Source: Saccharolobus islandicus REY15A (GTDB lineage: Archaea; Thermoproteota; Thermoprotei_A; Sulfolobales; Sulfolobaceae). From it: DNA of 64,000 nt. Below are positions 50,715 through 63,127 of this stretch, piece by piece. Position numbers and translations under genes: made by a program. The stretch is taken from the NCBI RefSeq assembly GCF_000189555.1, contig NC_017276.1. One strand, 5' to 3'. Position 1 is the first letter of the stretch; every line of letters begins with the position of its first letter. A model generated the notes under the pieces. The model did not search any database. It was not told the origin of the DNA and saw nothing but the letters and a program-made list of their open reading frames with translations.

Positions 50715-51743
50715 GTGAGACGAGATTTCTTGATCAAAAGGGGTATATATTACATTATAGTTTGGTTTGTTGGAATTACAATAGATTTTGTCCTTCCTAG
50801 GCTAATACCTGGTAGTGCATTGGCAAGCATAATTTATAGTAGAATTGGTGGAGCTGGATCCAATTATGGGCAAAATGTTCAACAAGAGATTCAAATTCTT
50901 GTTCAGCAATTAGGTTTAGCTCAGTATCAACAACCTCTTTATATTCAGTATTTTAATTACTTAAAAGAAATAGTTACACTGAATTTCGGTGTTTCTCTTA
51001 CCGAATTCCCAGTATCTGTAAGCACAATAATAACTGAAGCTGCTCCTTGGACTTTTGGTATAGTAATACCAGCTATTGTAGCTTCTTTCTTCATAGGTAA
51101 TTTGCTTGGCAGAGTGGCTGCTTTGTCAAGAGGTAAAATAAGTGACTACGCCATATTGGGACTCATGATGTTTTTATATACGTTTCCGGTTTTTGTTACT
51201 GGTGAGATTTTAATAGAAGTACTAGCAATTGATCTTCACATATTCCCTACCGGTGGGCAGTATAATACCTTTCAATTTCTCAAACCTACTATGAGTTTGC
51301 CCTTTGTGTGGTCCGTAATATATCATGCAATATTACCCACATTAACACTAATTATCTTTTCCCTAGCTGGTTGGATAATGGGAATGAGGAATAATATGAT
51401 ACCCATTTTACAAGAGGATTATATGAATTATTATAGGTTAATGGGGGTATCAGAAAAAATGGTTGCAAGTAAGGCCTATAGGTTAGCATTATTACCTAAC
51501 TTTACCAGTTTCTCCATTTCCTTAGGATACTCTGTGTTGGGTGCTGTTGCGATAGAGTATTTATTTAACTATGCAGGTTTGGGCTACTTCTTTAATCAAG
51601 CCATTACCGGTTTGGATTACCCGTTACTAAGCGGAATATTTTTCATGCTAGTCACTGCGATGGTATTAAGTAATTTCGTCGCCGATATAATTTACACAAT
51701 TATAGATCCTAGGACAAGTCAAGAGGAGACGGAGGGTGTATAA
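50715..51743 (+). CDS. Family-5 ABC permease OppB-like
   Basis: DFVLPRLIPG, GMRNNM; likely GTG start 50715. Confidence 0.88.
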   Translation: MRRDFLIKRGIYYIIVWFVGITIDFVLPRLIPGSALASIIYSRIGGAGSNYGQNVQQEIQILVQQLGLAQYQQPLYIQYFNYLKEIVTLNFGVSLTEFPVSVSTIITEAAPWTFGIVIPAIVASFFIGNLLGRVAALSRGKISDYAILGLMMFLYTFPVFVTGEILIEVLAIDLHIFPTGGQYNTFQFLKPTMSLPFVWSVIYHAILPTLTLIIFSLAGWIMGMRNNMIPILQEDYMNYYRLMGVSEKMVASKAYRLALLPNFTSFSISLGYSVLGAVAIEYLFNYAGLGYFFNQAITGLDYPLLSGIFFMLVTAMVLSNFVADIIYTIIDPRTSQEETEGV

Positions 51744-52716
51744 GATGGCTAGCAGAAAGTTATATACTTTTAATTTAAAAATAGACAAGTACGGTCCGGT
51801 TTATAATCTAATAAGAGGTGTGTGGGAACAAAGAGTATCAAGAGTTGGGTTCTATATACTACTAGGGATAATAGTATTTTCCTTAATAGGCATATTTTAT
51901 ACTCCATATAATCCAAGCGCGACTAACTTTCCTAGGGATCTACCACCCTCACCTCAACACCTATTAGGCACGGATGATTATGGCCATGATATTTTTTCTC
52001 AACTTTTAGTAGGTGGATTTCCAGTAATTGGAGTAGGTTTTGCTGTAGGATTAATAGGTACGCTAATAGCTATCCTCATAGGAGTAACTGCAGGATTATA
52101 TGCAGAGACAATGATTGATAGAGTATTAAGTGCAATAACTCAGATTTTCTTAATAATACCCGGTATTTTGATTATCGAATTAATAGGAGCATATCTAGGA
52201 GCAGTACAGTTTAAATTAGGATATATAACAATTTTGTTCGCCCTTTCATTAACAGGCTGGGCATGGGGTGCTAGAGTGCTGAGATCTTTAGTGTTATCGT
52301 TAAGGAGGAGAGAGTATATACTATCTTCTGATCTTATTGGCGAGTCTAAATTAAGTATAATTTTTAATCAAATAATACCTAATAACCTACCGTTCATAGC
52401 TTCAAACTTCTTCTTTACTGCAATTTATGGTATCGCTGGCTTTACATTCATTTATTATTTTGGATTGGGTAGTCTAACACAAGTCAATTGGGGAACCATG
52501 CTCTATTGGTCTTTAGGAGGAGAGGCTTATCTAAGAGGATTATGGTGGTGGTACATTCCCCCTGGACTCATGATTGGTTTAGTGGCTTTTTCATTCGCTT
52601 TAATTAACATAGGGATTGATAGAGTTGCGAATCCAAGGCTAAGAATATGGGACGTAAAGAAATATATGAAAAAAATAGAAAAAGCAAAAGAGAAGGAGGA
52701 GGTGTTGACTAGATGA
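51736..52716 (+). CDS. Family-5 ABC permease OppC-like
   Basis: HLLGTDDYGHDI, EYILSSDLIG. Confidence 0.88.
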   Translation: MYKMASRKLYTFNLKIDKYGPVYNLIRGVWEQRVSRVGFYILLGIIVFSLIGIFYTPYNPSATNFPRDLPPSPQHLLGTDDYGHDIFSQLLVGGFPVIGVGFAVGLIGTLIAILIGVTAGLYAETMIDRVLSAITQIFLIIPGILIIELIGAYLGAVQFKLGYITILFALSLTGWAWGARVLRSLVLSLRRREYILSSDLIGESKLSIIFNQIIPNNLPFIASNFFFTAIYGIAGFTFIYYFGLGSLTQVNWGTMLYWSLGGEAYLRGLWWWYIPPGLMIGLVAFSFALINIGIDRVANPRLRIWDVKKYMKKIEKAKEKEEVLTR

Positions 52717-53708
52717 GTGAAATCTCGATATCAGTAAAAAACCTAAACGTGGGTTACTTATCAGACTATGGTATAATAAAAGTCCTAAGAGATGTCAGTA
52801 TTGACATTCCAGAAAGTAAAATAACAGGTATTGCAGGAGAGTCAGGTTCTGGAAAATCTACTCTGGCAACAACGATAATGGGATTTATAAATCCCCCATT
52901 ATACGTACAAAGGGGTAGTGTAATTGTAGATGGCAAGTACGATATTCTATCGATGTCTAGAGATGAGTTAAATAAAATAAGGGGAAGTGTAATATCTTAC
53001 GTTCCTCAAGCTGCTCAAAACTCCCTAAACCCAATTAGAAAGGTTAAGGAAACTTTTACAGATATCTTAAAGGCTAAAGGAATGGATTATTATGCCAACA
53101 TTAACGTTGTATATAACGCGTTGGAAGAAGTAGGGTTAACTGATAGGCAAGTACTAGATATGTACCCTTTCCAGTTGTCTGGTGGTATGAAACAGAGGGT
53201 TGTAATTGCAATCTCACTCCTATTAAATCCAAAAATACTCATAATGGACGAACCCACTACGGGATTAGACGTAGTAGTTCAATATGAAATACTCAAATTA
53301 TTAAAGAAAATACAGAAGGAAAAGGATTTAACATTGGTAATTATAAGTCATGACATAGCAATGCTATTCCAAATATCAGATTACATAGCTGTAATGTACG
53401 GTGGGCAAATAGTAGAGTATGGGAAGTATAATACGTTATTAGAGGAAGCTTATCATCCCTACACTTATCTTCTGCTTAGTAGTGTACCTACTGTTAGATC
53501 TAGAGGGAAGAAACTACCTAGAATCCCTGGGGATTTTGAAGGTTTTATAAGATATCCTAAAGGCTGTGTCTTTTCTTCGAGATGTCCCTTTGCCACGATT
53601 ACATGTAAAGAAGCTCCACCTCAAACCGTAGCATATGATAAGTTTGGATTTTATAAGTGTATTAGGTATCCAGAATGGAGAAATGAGGTGAAAAAAGCTT
53701 ATGAGTGA
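52713..53708 (+). CDS. ABC ATPase OppD-like
   Basis: GESGSGKS, LSGGMKQR, C-terminal Cys cluster. Confidence 0.92.
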   Translation: MSEISISVKNLNVGYLSDYGIIKVLRDVSIDIPESKITGIAGESGSGKSTLATTIMGFINPPLYVQRGSVIVDGKYDILSMSRDELNKIRGSVISYVPQAAQNSLNPIRKVKETFTDILKAKGMDYYANINVVYNALEEVGLTDRQVLDMYPFQLSGGMKQRVVIAISLLLNPKILIMDEPTTGLDVVVQYEILKLLKKIQKEKDLTLVIISHDIAMLFQISDYIAVMYGGQIVEYGKYNTLLEEAYHPYTYLLLSSVPTVRSRGKKLPRIPGDFEGFIRYPKGCVFSSRCPFATITCKEAPPQTVAYDKFGFYKCIRYPEWRNEVKKAYE

Positions 53709-54504
53709 TAGGCTCATTGAGCTAATACATGTGTATAAAGACTTCATAGTTAGAAAAGGAGTTTTTGGAAAAGAGCATAGACCGGGGATATGGGATGTGA
53801 ATATGGATATAAGGAAGAACGAGATTGTGGGGATGGTTGGAGGAAGCGGTGGGGGTAAGACAGTAATAGCTTGGATGATAGTAGGGTTATTGAAACCGAC
53901 CAAAGGTTCAATAATTTATACCCCTATGGGTTTAGATGTTACCAAGGCGGATAAAAAACAACTAAAACAGTATAGAGCTGATGTTCAATTAGTTTTCCAA
54001 GATCCCTATTCCTCTCTAGACCCAGCTCATACGGTTAAATGGCATATAGAAAGACCGCTAAAAATATACAAATATAAGGGCGATATTGAAGAGAGAATCA
54101 AAGAGTTATTAAGAGAAGTTGCATTAACTCCTCCAGAAGACTTTCTCAATAAGTATCCGTTCCAACTTTCTGGAGGGCAAAGACAAAGAGTCTATTTAGC
54201 TAGGGTATTGGCACTAAATCCTAAGGTGCTAATAGCTGATGAGCCTGTATCAAACGTAGATGCCTCAATAAGGGCATCACTACTAGACTTATTTAAGAGG
54301 TTAAGAGATGAGAAAGGGATATCAATTATGTACATCACTCACGATATTGCTACAATTGGATATGTAGCTGATAGGGTATATGTCGTGAAGAATGGTAGGA
54401 TAGTGGAGGAGGGCGATGTGGAAACTATTATTTCCCATCCAAAACACGAGTATACCAGACTATTAGCAGAAGCGGTACCAGATCCATATAAAAGAATTGA
54501 ATAA
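53701..54504 (+). CDS. ABC ATPase OppF-like
   Basis: GGSGGGKT, LSGGQRQR, LIADEP. Confidence 0.92.
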   Translation: MSDRLIELIHVYKDFIVRKGVFGKEHRPGIWDVNMDIRKNEIVGMVGGSGGGKTVIAWMIVGLLKPTKGSIIYTPMGLDVTKADKKQLKQYRADVQLVFQDPYSSLDPAHTVKWHIERPLKIYKYKGDIEERIKELLREVALTPPEDFLNKYPFQLSGGQRQRVYLARVLALNPKVLIADEPVSNVDASIRASLLDLFKRLRDEKGISIMYITHDIATIGYVADRVYVVKNGRIVEEGDVETIISHPKHEYTRLLAEAVPDPYKRIE

Positions 54505-54658
54505 CATTTTTATATTCCTAATTTCTATTGAATTTGTTTGAAAAACTATTAAGAGATTGTATCACTAATTAGGTTGCAAGGAAATTGTGATTTTGGTAGT
54601 GAAGAAAAGTTTAAATATGGCTAAAATGCTATTATAAATCGATAAGTGGTAGATAGGT

Positions 54659-56821
54659 ATGAAAAGATACAAGATAATTTCTATAATAATCACATTATTG
54701 ATGTTAATAAGCATAGGAATATTTGCAATGCCAATACTATCACAGCCAACATCAGTACAACCAGAAGGAAGTATGGTAGTTATGCCTTCTCCGGGCATAG
54801 TATGGCAAGATAATTTTAATCCATGGAACGCTCCAGCTTTACCCGGTGGTCTAATTTGGCTTATTTACGAACCACTCGCCCTAGTTAATTCGCTAAGTGG
54901 TCAAACTATTCCATGGTTAGCCACCAATTGGACATTTACTACTGGTTATGTTTACTTGCCAAATGGTACTAAGGTACAAACATTGGCATTAATATTATAC
55001 TTAAGGCATGATGTATACTTCACCGATGGTACACCATTTAACGCTACAGCAGTATGGTACACATTAGCGTTAGAACAAGCGTACCCACAACTGGGATATT
55101 CGGCTAATCAAATAGCTAACATGACAATAATAAATCCATATGAGCTAGAAGTGGTATTTAAACCTGGAGTAACACCAATGGTATTGTATACTATTTTGGA
55201 GCAATGGCCTGTGGACCCAGCACAATGGGGTAAAATATTCCCAGTAGAGCAATTACCAAATGGAACATATCTAGGACTAAACAAGACTGGAAATCCATTC
55301 ACATACCCTAATACAAATCCAATAGGTACTGGACCTTATATGCTATATAGTTTCAGCCCGCAAGAAATAGTACTAGTGGCCAACCCACACTATTGGATGC
55401 CGGGAGAACCCAGAATAAAATACTTACTCTATCCATCATATCCTAGTAATGTTCAAGCAGATACTGCATTAAATAATGGGCAAATAACTTGGGCTGGACT
55501 ATTCGAACCAAATATACAACAGCAATTTGTGGCAAAAGATCCTCTACACTATCATTACTATTTTGCTCCTGGATTTCCAACAATGTTGACACTCAATAAC
55601 CTAAAATGGCCTTTATCCGATCCAGTTTTAAGACAAGCAATAAGCCTTGCGATCAATAGAACAGCAATATACTATTTGGGCGAATATGGATACGAACTGC
55701 CAGCAACTACGCCTCTTCCATTACCTCCACAACAGATACAATATCTAAATTCTTCGGTATTGCAGCTTGCTGAGCAGTTTGCTCCATCTCAAGGTAATGT
55801 TACTGCTGCATTACAGTTACTTGAATCCCATGGCTATAAATTAGTTAATGGCCAACTAATTGCACCAAATGGTACTGCAGTACCAACAATGACCATAATT
55901 ACGGTAGCCGGATGGACTGATTGGGATGCTGATTTAACTATAATTGCACAGGATTTGAAGCAAATAGGCATAACTGTGGAAGTACAAACACCACCGTTTA
56001 CAACATGGTTTAATTACATGGAAACTGGCAATTACTGGATGGGACTAATGTGGGATTTAATTAGCGGTCCTACTCCTATACAACCACTTTCTGGGTATTT
56101 GTATGGTTATTGGAATTCCCCCGGCAACATAACACCGATAGGAAATAGCACATATTTTAACATAGAAAGGTTTAATTTATCAATTATCCATCCAACGTTC
56201 GAACAACTTGTGAACTGGGCAAATGGTAACTTCAGCATAAACGATAATGCCTATTATAGTATAGTAAATAAGCTAGCTGCTCTATGGATAAAATATATGC
56301 CTTCCATTGCTCTAGTATACGGCGCAGAGTGGTATGAGTATGTTAACAATACTGTTACTGGTTGGCCAACTCAGCAAAACTATTATTGGCCGGCTCCCCC
56401 ATGGACCAGTCTTCCCTCAACTCCTTTACCTGTTGTTTTAGCTTTGCATTTGGTTAATCAGTCTGTTCCTGAGCCTTGGTGGTATTATACTTCGCAAGTT
56501 CCTTCAAGTTGGTATACTTCCAATGACCCATTCGTGTATCAAACAACCACAACTACTACAACACCTAGTACTACCACAAGTACATCAACAACTACTACAA
56601 CAACCACATCCACCACAACAAGTACTACTACTACAACAACAAGTACTACTACTACGAGTGTTTCTACTACCACAAGTGTCTCTACATCCGTAAGCACTAC
56701 TACGGCTACTGTTACTACTACTGTAAGCTCATCATCCAATACCGCACTATATGTCATAATAGCAGTTGTAATAATAGTCATAATAATAGCTGTTGTAGTA
56801 CTAGGCCTAAGAAGAAGATAA
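54659..56821 (+). CDS. Family-5 extracellular solute (oligosaccharide/peptide)-binding protein
   Basis: Signal peptide, PWLATNWT, GTGPY, long Thr-rich linker, TM, RRR. Confidence 0.9.
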   Translation: MKRYKIISIIITLLMLISIGIFAMPILSQPTSVQPEGSMVVMPSPGIVWQDNFNPWNAPALPGGLIWLIYEPLALVNSLSGQTIPWLATNWTFTTGYVYLPNGTKVQTLALILYLRHDVYFTDGTPFNATAVWYTLALEQAYPQLGYSANQIANMTIINPYELEVVFKPGVTPMVLYTILEQWPVDPAQWGKIFPVEQLPNGTYLGLNKTGNPFTYPNTNPIGTGPYMLYSFSPQEIVLVANPHYWMPGEPRIKYLLYPSYPSNVQADTALNNGQITWAGLFEPNIQQQFVAKDPLHYHYYFAPGFPTMLTLNNLKWPLSDPVLRQAISLAINRTAIYYLGEYGYELPATTPLPLPPQQIQYLNSSVLQLAEQFAPSQGNVTAALQLLESHGYKLVNGQLIAPNGTAVPTMTIITVAGWTDWDADLTIIAQDLKQIGITVEVQTPPFTTWFNYMETGNYWMGLMWDLISGPTPIQPLSGYLYGYWNSPGNITPIGNSTYFNIERFNLSIIHPTFEQLVNWANGNFSINDNAYYSIVNKLAALWIKYMPSIALVYGAEWYEYVNNTVTGWPTQQNYYWPAPPWTSLPSTPLPVVLALHLVNQSVPEPWWYYTSQVPSSWYTSNDPFVYQTTTTTTTPSTTTSTSTTTTTTTSTTTSTTTTTTSTTTTSVSTTTSVSTSVSTTTATVTTTVSSSSNTALYVIIAVVIIVIIIAVVVLGLRRR

Positions 56822-56859
56822 AAAAATAAATAAAGATTAAAAAGTTTTTTATATTTATT

Positions 56860-57990
<1,131 letters not shown>

Positions 57991-58016
57991 CTATATAACC
58001 TTTTTGGATAAATTGT

Positions 58017-58886
58017 TCAAATTAAGAATTTGTAACTCTGTAGTCCTCTGATATTTACCTTGGTAGTAAATAGTCTTCCAGCAAGAGGTTCACCTCCTCT
58101 ACTCATAGTAGTTATAAATATTCGATTCATTTCCGGGCTGCCAAAAGTAACTGATGAAACGTATACTACTGGAAGTTTTATTTCAAATACTTTTTCTCCG
58201 TTCTTCGGATTCCACCTACTAACCTTACCACCTGCAGAATGAGCTATCCATAAATGGCCTTCCTCATCAACTGTCATCCCGTCTGGTCTGCCCGGTTCAT
58301 CCTTAAAATCGATAACAACCCTTTTGTTATAGATATCTCCCTTATTTTTATCGAAGTCGAATTCAAAAACTTTCCTAAGCGGGGTATCTATCAAGTAAAA
58401 TAATTCATTATCGGGATCCCAGCCGAGTCCATTAGATCTATAAAGTTTTTCCAAGACCTTAGTCAATTTCTTATCTTCTAATTTATATAAACTAGCAGTG
58501 GGTTTTGGGCTCTCGATGTCTAGATTCATTGTACCAGCCCAATACCTACCCATCACATCGCATTTTCCATCATTAAATCTATTCTCTTTATCATTCTGTA
58601 ATTCTAAAAATGGTAGTATCTTTCCGGTAGTCAGGTCTAGGATATGAAATCCATGACGTAAAGTTACTATAATCCTAATATTATCAATTAGGCATAGGGA
58701 AGTTACTACATCCGGAGTATTATAATAATTCTCCTCATTGGTATCTAGACTATTTACTATTATTTTCTTTCCATCTATATCCACCCAGAATAGTTTGTTT
58801 TTCTCCATATCATAAACTGGGCTTTCCCCTAAAACCGACTTGTAGTTTCCCAAAGTTTTTAATTCTATTGCCATCTCTACACTCAT
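58017..58886 (-). CDS. SMP-30/gluconolactonase family sugar lactonase
   Basis: LGESPVY, RFNDGKCD, SNGLGW, PDGMTVD. Confidence 0.92.
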   Translation of the reverse strand: MSVEMAIELKTLGNYKSVLGESPVYDMEKNKLFWVDIDGKKIIVNSLDTNEENYYNTPDVVTSLCLIDNIRIIVTLRHGFHILDLTTGKILPFLELQNDKENRFNDGKCDVMGRYWAGTMNLDIESPKPTASLYKLEDKKLTKVLEKLYRSNGLGWDPDNELFYLIDTPLRKVFEFDFDKNKGDIYNKRVVIDFKDEPGRPDGMTVDEEGHLWIAHSAGGKVSRWNPKNGEKVFEIKLPVVYVSSVTFGSPEMNRIFITTMSRGGEPLAGRLFTTKVNIRGLQSYKFLI

Positions 58887-59119
58887 TGGTCAAGTCAAAA
58901 ATTAAAACTTATTACTAAACATTTTATTGCATAATGAATCATAAGATGATAAAGTATCTAGCAAATTATAGTAATGAAGTCGTTTAATTATTACTTTGTC
59001 ACTACATTCTTCGTCCTTAAGTTTCGACTACATCATGAATTAGTTCAGAAATATGAAGAAAACCACTTTGATTGATGTGCTATGAAAGCTTATTTACTAG
59101 ACAAAATAAACGAAAGTGT

Positions 59120-61531
59120 ATGAAATACAAATACTCCTATGCCTTAGATTCTGGAATTCCTCTAGGTGGGATAGGGACTGGATCTGTGGAAATAAGGGCA
59201 GATGGTAGATTATACTCGTGGACCATATTTAACAACGGGGGAATAGCAGAAAAAAATGAGGATAGGTACAAATATTTCTTAACAGAGTTCGACTCCTTCT
59301 TCGCATATGAAGATGGAAAGACTATAAGAATTCTCCAAGCATTTGACTATTATTTTGGAGCAAATCCATACACAAGACCTTGGATAAGGCCAATAAGGGA
59401 AATTGAGTTTATAGGAGAAATGCCAATTGCTTACCTAAATTACGATAATAAAATAAAACTAAAGGCATTTTCACCATTTATACCCCTAGATGTGAAGAAC
59501 TCTTCTCTACCGGTATCAATATTTAAATTTAATGGTGAGAAGAATACAAGATTCTTCTTCGGAATTAACAATTCTTTTGAAAAAGGTCAAATAGAAGTTA
59601 AAGGCGATATGATAATATTTAAAGGGGAAACATCTCCAGATGATCCTAGATATCAAGGAAGCCTATGCGTTAAGATAATTGGAGATGAACCTTTCTCTGT
59701 AGCTTATAATCAAATTTTCGACTTCTGGGACGATTATAGATCTAACAATCTAGCCAAGAAGAAGGGGGATAATCTAGCAATTATAAGTGGTAAAGGAAGC
59801 AACGTAACTTTCATAATTACTTGGTTCTTCCCTAATTTTGTACTTAAAGATGGTAAGAGAGTTGGGCACTATTACGAGAACTTTTTCAATAACTGCGTAG
59901 AAGTAATGGATTACGTAATGAGAAATCTAAATTACCTAGAGGAGAAGACTATGCAATTTCACGATTTATTTTATAATGCAGAAGGTATAGAATCGTGGAT
60001 TACTGATTTAATTGGAGCACAGATAGCTACACTTGTGAAAAGTACTTGGCTAACTAAGGACGGATTCTTTGGAATATGGGAAGGATATTTCGATGCCTCA
60101 GATCATAGGAAAGTTGGGAAGTATCCCTATACAGATGGTCCGGAAAACACTGCATTAAATACCATAGACGTACTGCTATACGCACTACCGGGAGTAATGC
60201 TACTATTTCCAGATTTAGCAAAGAATATTGTAAAAGACCTTTCCAATAGAGCATTAAAGGAGGATACCCCAGAATACGTTATATTTTCATTAGCGTTCCC
60301 AGAGAATTTAATGAAGTATAAGGAGGAGATTATGAAAGATCCCACTATAAGTACTGATCTCAAAAAATTATATGGAACTATAAAGAGAATTGCCAATGAG
60401 ACTGGTAAGGATCCTAAGGGCAGGATGCCTCATTATATTCGCTACTCATTAACAGTAGATACTTACGAGAGAATAGATATTAATCCAGAATTTGTACTAC
60501 TCTATTATTTAATAGCAAAGTATACGGGTGATAGGGAGTTACTAAAGAGCGTTTACGAAGTAGCAAGAAACGCGATCGAGAGTATTATGAGGACACAGAC
60601 CATGGATGGTTTACCATACCTTACTTTACCATCTGGAATAGAGTGGATAAGATATGTGAATAGCATGCTAAGAGCTAACGATGCTCACAAGATTTTAGGT
60701 TATCACTCTTTGGCATTATCAATGCAAACACTAGACGATTGGTCATGGTTAGGCTTTTCTCCATACGTATCCTTTCTATGGATATCAGCACTAGAAGCAC
60801 TAAATGAAGCGTCAAAACTACTTAATAACCCTCAAAACTACGAGGTAAAAGAGCTAATAGAAAAAGTTAATAAATACTTGTGGAATGGGGAGTATTATAT
60901 GGACTGGTATGATCCCATTTCAAATTTAAGAGATGACTCGTCAAATGCATCCCAAATAACGGGTGACTGGTATGTTCAAATGTTGGATCTTCCAGAATTT
61001 TTAGACTACGAGAGAAGGAAATCCGTTTTCTCCTCAATAATGAAGTATAACTACAGTGGAGAGGAGGGAGTTAGAAATGGCTCATCAAATGATGATATTA
61101 CACCTTTAGGAGTTAAACTTTCAATACAATCAAAAGCTCCTTGGAGTGGCGTAGAGTATTATCTAGCATCACATATGTTTTATAGCGGTTTTGACGAATA
61201 TGCGAAGAAGATTTTGAGGAATGTTTATGAGAGGTATGAGATTGCAGGTAGTTTCTGGAACCATATTGAGTGGGGCGCAAGATATATGAGACCATTAGTG
61301 GCTTTAAGCATGATTTACGCTATTGAAGGTATGAAGGTTAATATGTTAAACAACGAGGTCATTATAGGCAAAAGTAAGAATTTGAAGTGGATATTGTTAC
61401 TACCTACAGCGTGGGGCTTGCTAATAGTTAATAATGGAAAGATAAGGATAAAGATTTCTCATGGAGAGTTTAAAGGTAAAATAAATGGAATTGTTACTAC
61501 CTTAAAAGAGAACGAAGAAATAGAAATATAA
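59120..61531 (+). CDS. GH116 beta-glucosidase/N-acetyl-beta-glucosaminidase (SSO3039-like)
   Basis: GIPLGGIGTG N-terminus, GIWEG, TLDDW, HIEWGARYMRP; likely start ATG 59120. Confidence 0.88.
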   Translation: MKYKYSYALDSGIPLGGIGTGSVEIRADGRLYSWTIFNNGGIAEKNEDRYKYFLTEFDSFFAYEDGKTIRILQAFDYYFGANPYTRPWIRPIREIEFIGEMPIAYLNYDNKIKLKAFSPFIPLDVKNSSLPVSIFKFNGEKNTRFFFGINNSFEKGQIEVKGDMIIFKGETSPDDPRYQGSLCVKIIGDEPFSVAYNQIFDFWDDYRSNNLAKKKGDNLAIISGKGSNVTFIITWFFPNFVLKDGKRVGHYYENFFNNCVEVMDYVMRNLNYLEEKTMQFHDLFYNAEGIESWITDLIGAQIATLVKSTWLTKDGFFGIWEGYFDASDHRKVGKYPYTDGPENTALNTIDVLLYALPGVMLLFPDLAKNIVKDLSNRALKEDTPEYVIFSLAFPENLMKYKEEIMKDPTISTDLKKLYGTIKRIANETGKDPKGRMPHYIRYSLTVDTYERIDINPEFVLLYYLIAKYTGDRELLKSVYEVARNAIESIMRTQTMDGLPYLTLPSGIEWIRYVNSMLRANDAHKILGYHSLALSMQTLDDWSWLGFSPYVSFLWISALEALNEASKLLNNPQNYEVKELIEKVNKYLWNGEYYMDWYDPISNLRDDSSNASQITGDWYVQMLDLPEFLDYERRKSVFSSIMKYNYSGEEGVRNGSSNDDITPLGVKLSIQSKAPWSGVEYYLASHMFYSGFDEYAKKILRNVYERYEIAGSFWNHIEWGARYMRPLVALSMIYAIEGMKVNMLNNEVIIGKSKNLKWILLLPTAWGLLIVNNGKIRIKISHGEFKGKINGIVTTLKENEEIEI

Positions 61532-61539
61532 AAAGCTTT

Positions 61540-63010
61540 TTACTCTAAAATTATTTCTGCTTGAAGTAGGTCTATACTCTCATCTAATTTAAACGCAATT
61601 ATATCGTAATAGCTGTTCAAGTCTATTATATTCCATCCCAGTATTCAGTGTAACAGTATCATCTCTAACCTTTGAGAGTAGTGAGTACTCGGCAATCCTC
61701 ATCTTAGTTGACTTTGCAGTGTAAACTCTTACTTTCTTTTCGCTTAACCCTTTCAGTGGATTACCACCAAACCAACCATCTATTCCTGCGGTTTGCGAAT
61801 ACGGACCATCATGAATCCATATCCTTAGCGGATTCCACGGTTTCTTAAACAGTTCACTTACTGGAATTGCAAATACTCCACCATCACCAGCCCTATAAGT
61901 GTATACTCCCGTGTGATTGGCATATGAAGCGCCAATATATAAATATTCACCATCGTGTGTCATGCCAAAGGTTGCTCCACTTTCCGTAATTATCTGAGGT
62001 ACTACTGGGTCAATCCTTAAGAGTAGACCAAATGTGGTCCTTGATGACATATCCCTTAAGTCCTCTGCAAGATTTAGTGATATAATAGGTATACCTATTA
62101 TGTAAGCTTTTTGAGCTCTAAATCCTGGAATATAGGTGGGTCTTTCCGATTCTGGATTGCGAATATCTAGAAATGGATATAACCTATATACATCCTTTTG
62201 TGGATCAATATGTATGAGGGTACCACCATAGAATGCAATTAGCTTGTTCTGTATTTTTGCACCATTTGTCCTCCAACACGTCTTATCTGTATCTTCTTAT
62301 TGCTTTCTAATGGAAAGTCAAATGACTCTACAAACTTGTATTCACCATTAAGTGTATTATATACCATTATCGATGAAACATCAGTGTGTATAGGATTAAA
62401 TATCGTGGCGTAGATTTTATTATCCTTCATTTCCATCTTATATACAGTACGATTCTTCACCAGAAATTCTGCATCTCTAGTAGATACACCTACTTTTCAC
62501 AAGCCTAATTCAGCATGCCCATCGGCTCTACTGAAGTAGACTGCATCCTCGTGCTGGTCGTAAAGTAAGTCAGTTACCTCACCATACCAATTGTTTGGAG
62601 GAATTTTATCATCCCACTTCCTACTCCATAGAATTTCTACTTTATCATCGTCATATATCATGTGTATATGACTATACTTCATCCGCATATCCTGATATTT
62701 CAAAATCCTCTCATATTGTGATACCTCTATCATTCCCGGAGGTGTCTTAAGCCATCCACCTATGAATAATAAATCTTTAGACCAAGTTAATGCAGCATAT
62801 GTATCATCTGCTACTCTAGGTGGCTTGGCTAACTTTTCATTTCTATATATTACTTCTCCATTGGAATAAACTTTAGCCGCATGTCCATCATGAACTATCA
62901 TGTTTCTGGAAATCGGATGAAAGCCTATAGAGAGATCTAAACTGATGATGACCTAATGCTATTTCATTATGTTGAACAAACTCTTTTAAGACTAGCTTTG
63001 GCTTATCCAA
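61540..63010 (-). pseudogene. ~490-codon conserved-hypothetical gene (possibly beta-propeller, DUF2139-like) broken by four lesions
   Basis: TTG start 63010 after GGGGT; +1 shift ~62905, in-frame TGA 62497-62499, A-run deletion ~62255, +1 G ~61635; the pieces join into one continuous protein. Confidence 0.75.
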
Positions 63011-63127
63011 TATTTACCCCGAATAGAAGTATATGAGATTGCCTATTTAATTCTTTAGCGTTACTATTTAGAAGTTTCTAATATTTTAATAAAGCTTTAA
63101 TTACACTCTCTTGTTTGTAGATACTAT

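Noticed and set aside
56530-56730. Tandem DNA repeat in Thr/Ser linkers
   Set aside because: Low-complexity coding sequence with varied codons, not a discrete repeat array
56539-56781. Val-rich minus-strand ORF
   Set aside because: Antisense shadow of the Thr-rich linker (ACN codons) of the binding protein
62497-62499. In-frame TGA as selenocysteine or programmed read-through
   Set aside because: The same gene has three frameshifts, the context suggests Trp (TGG to TGA), and Sulfolobales are not known to use Sec
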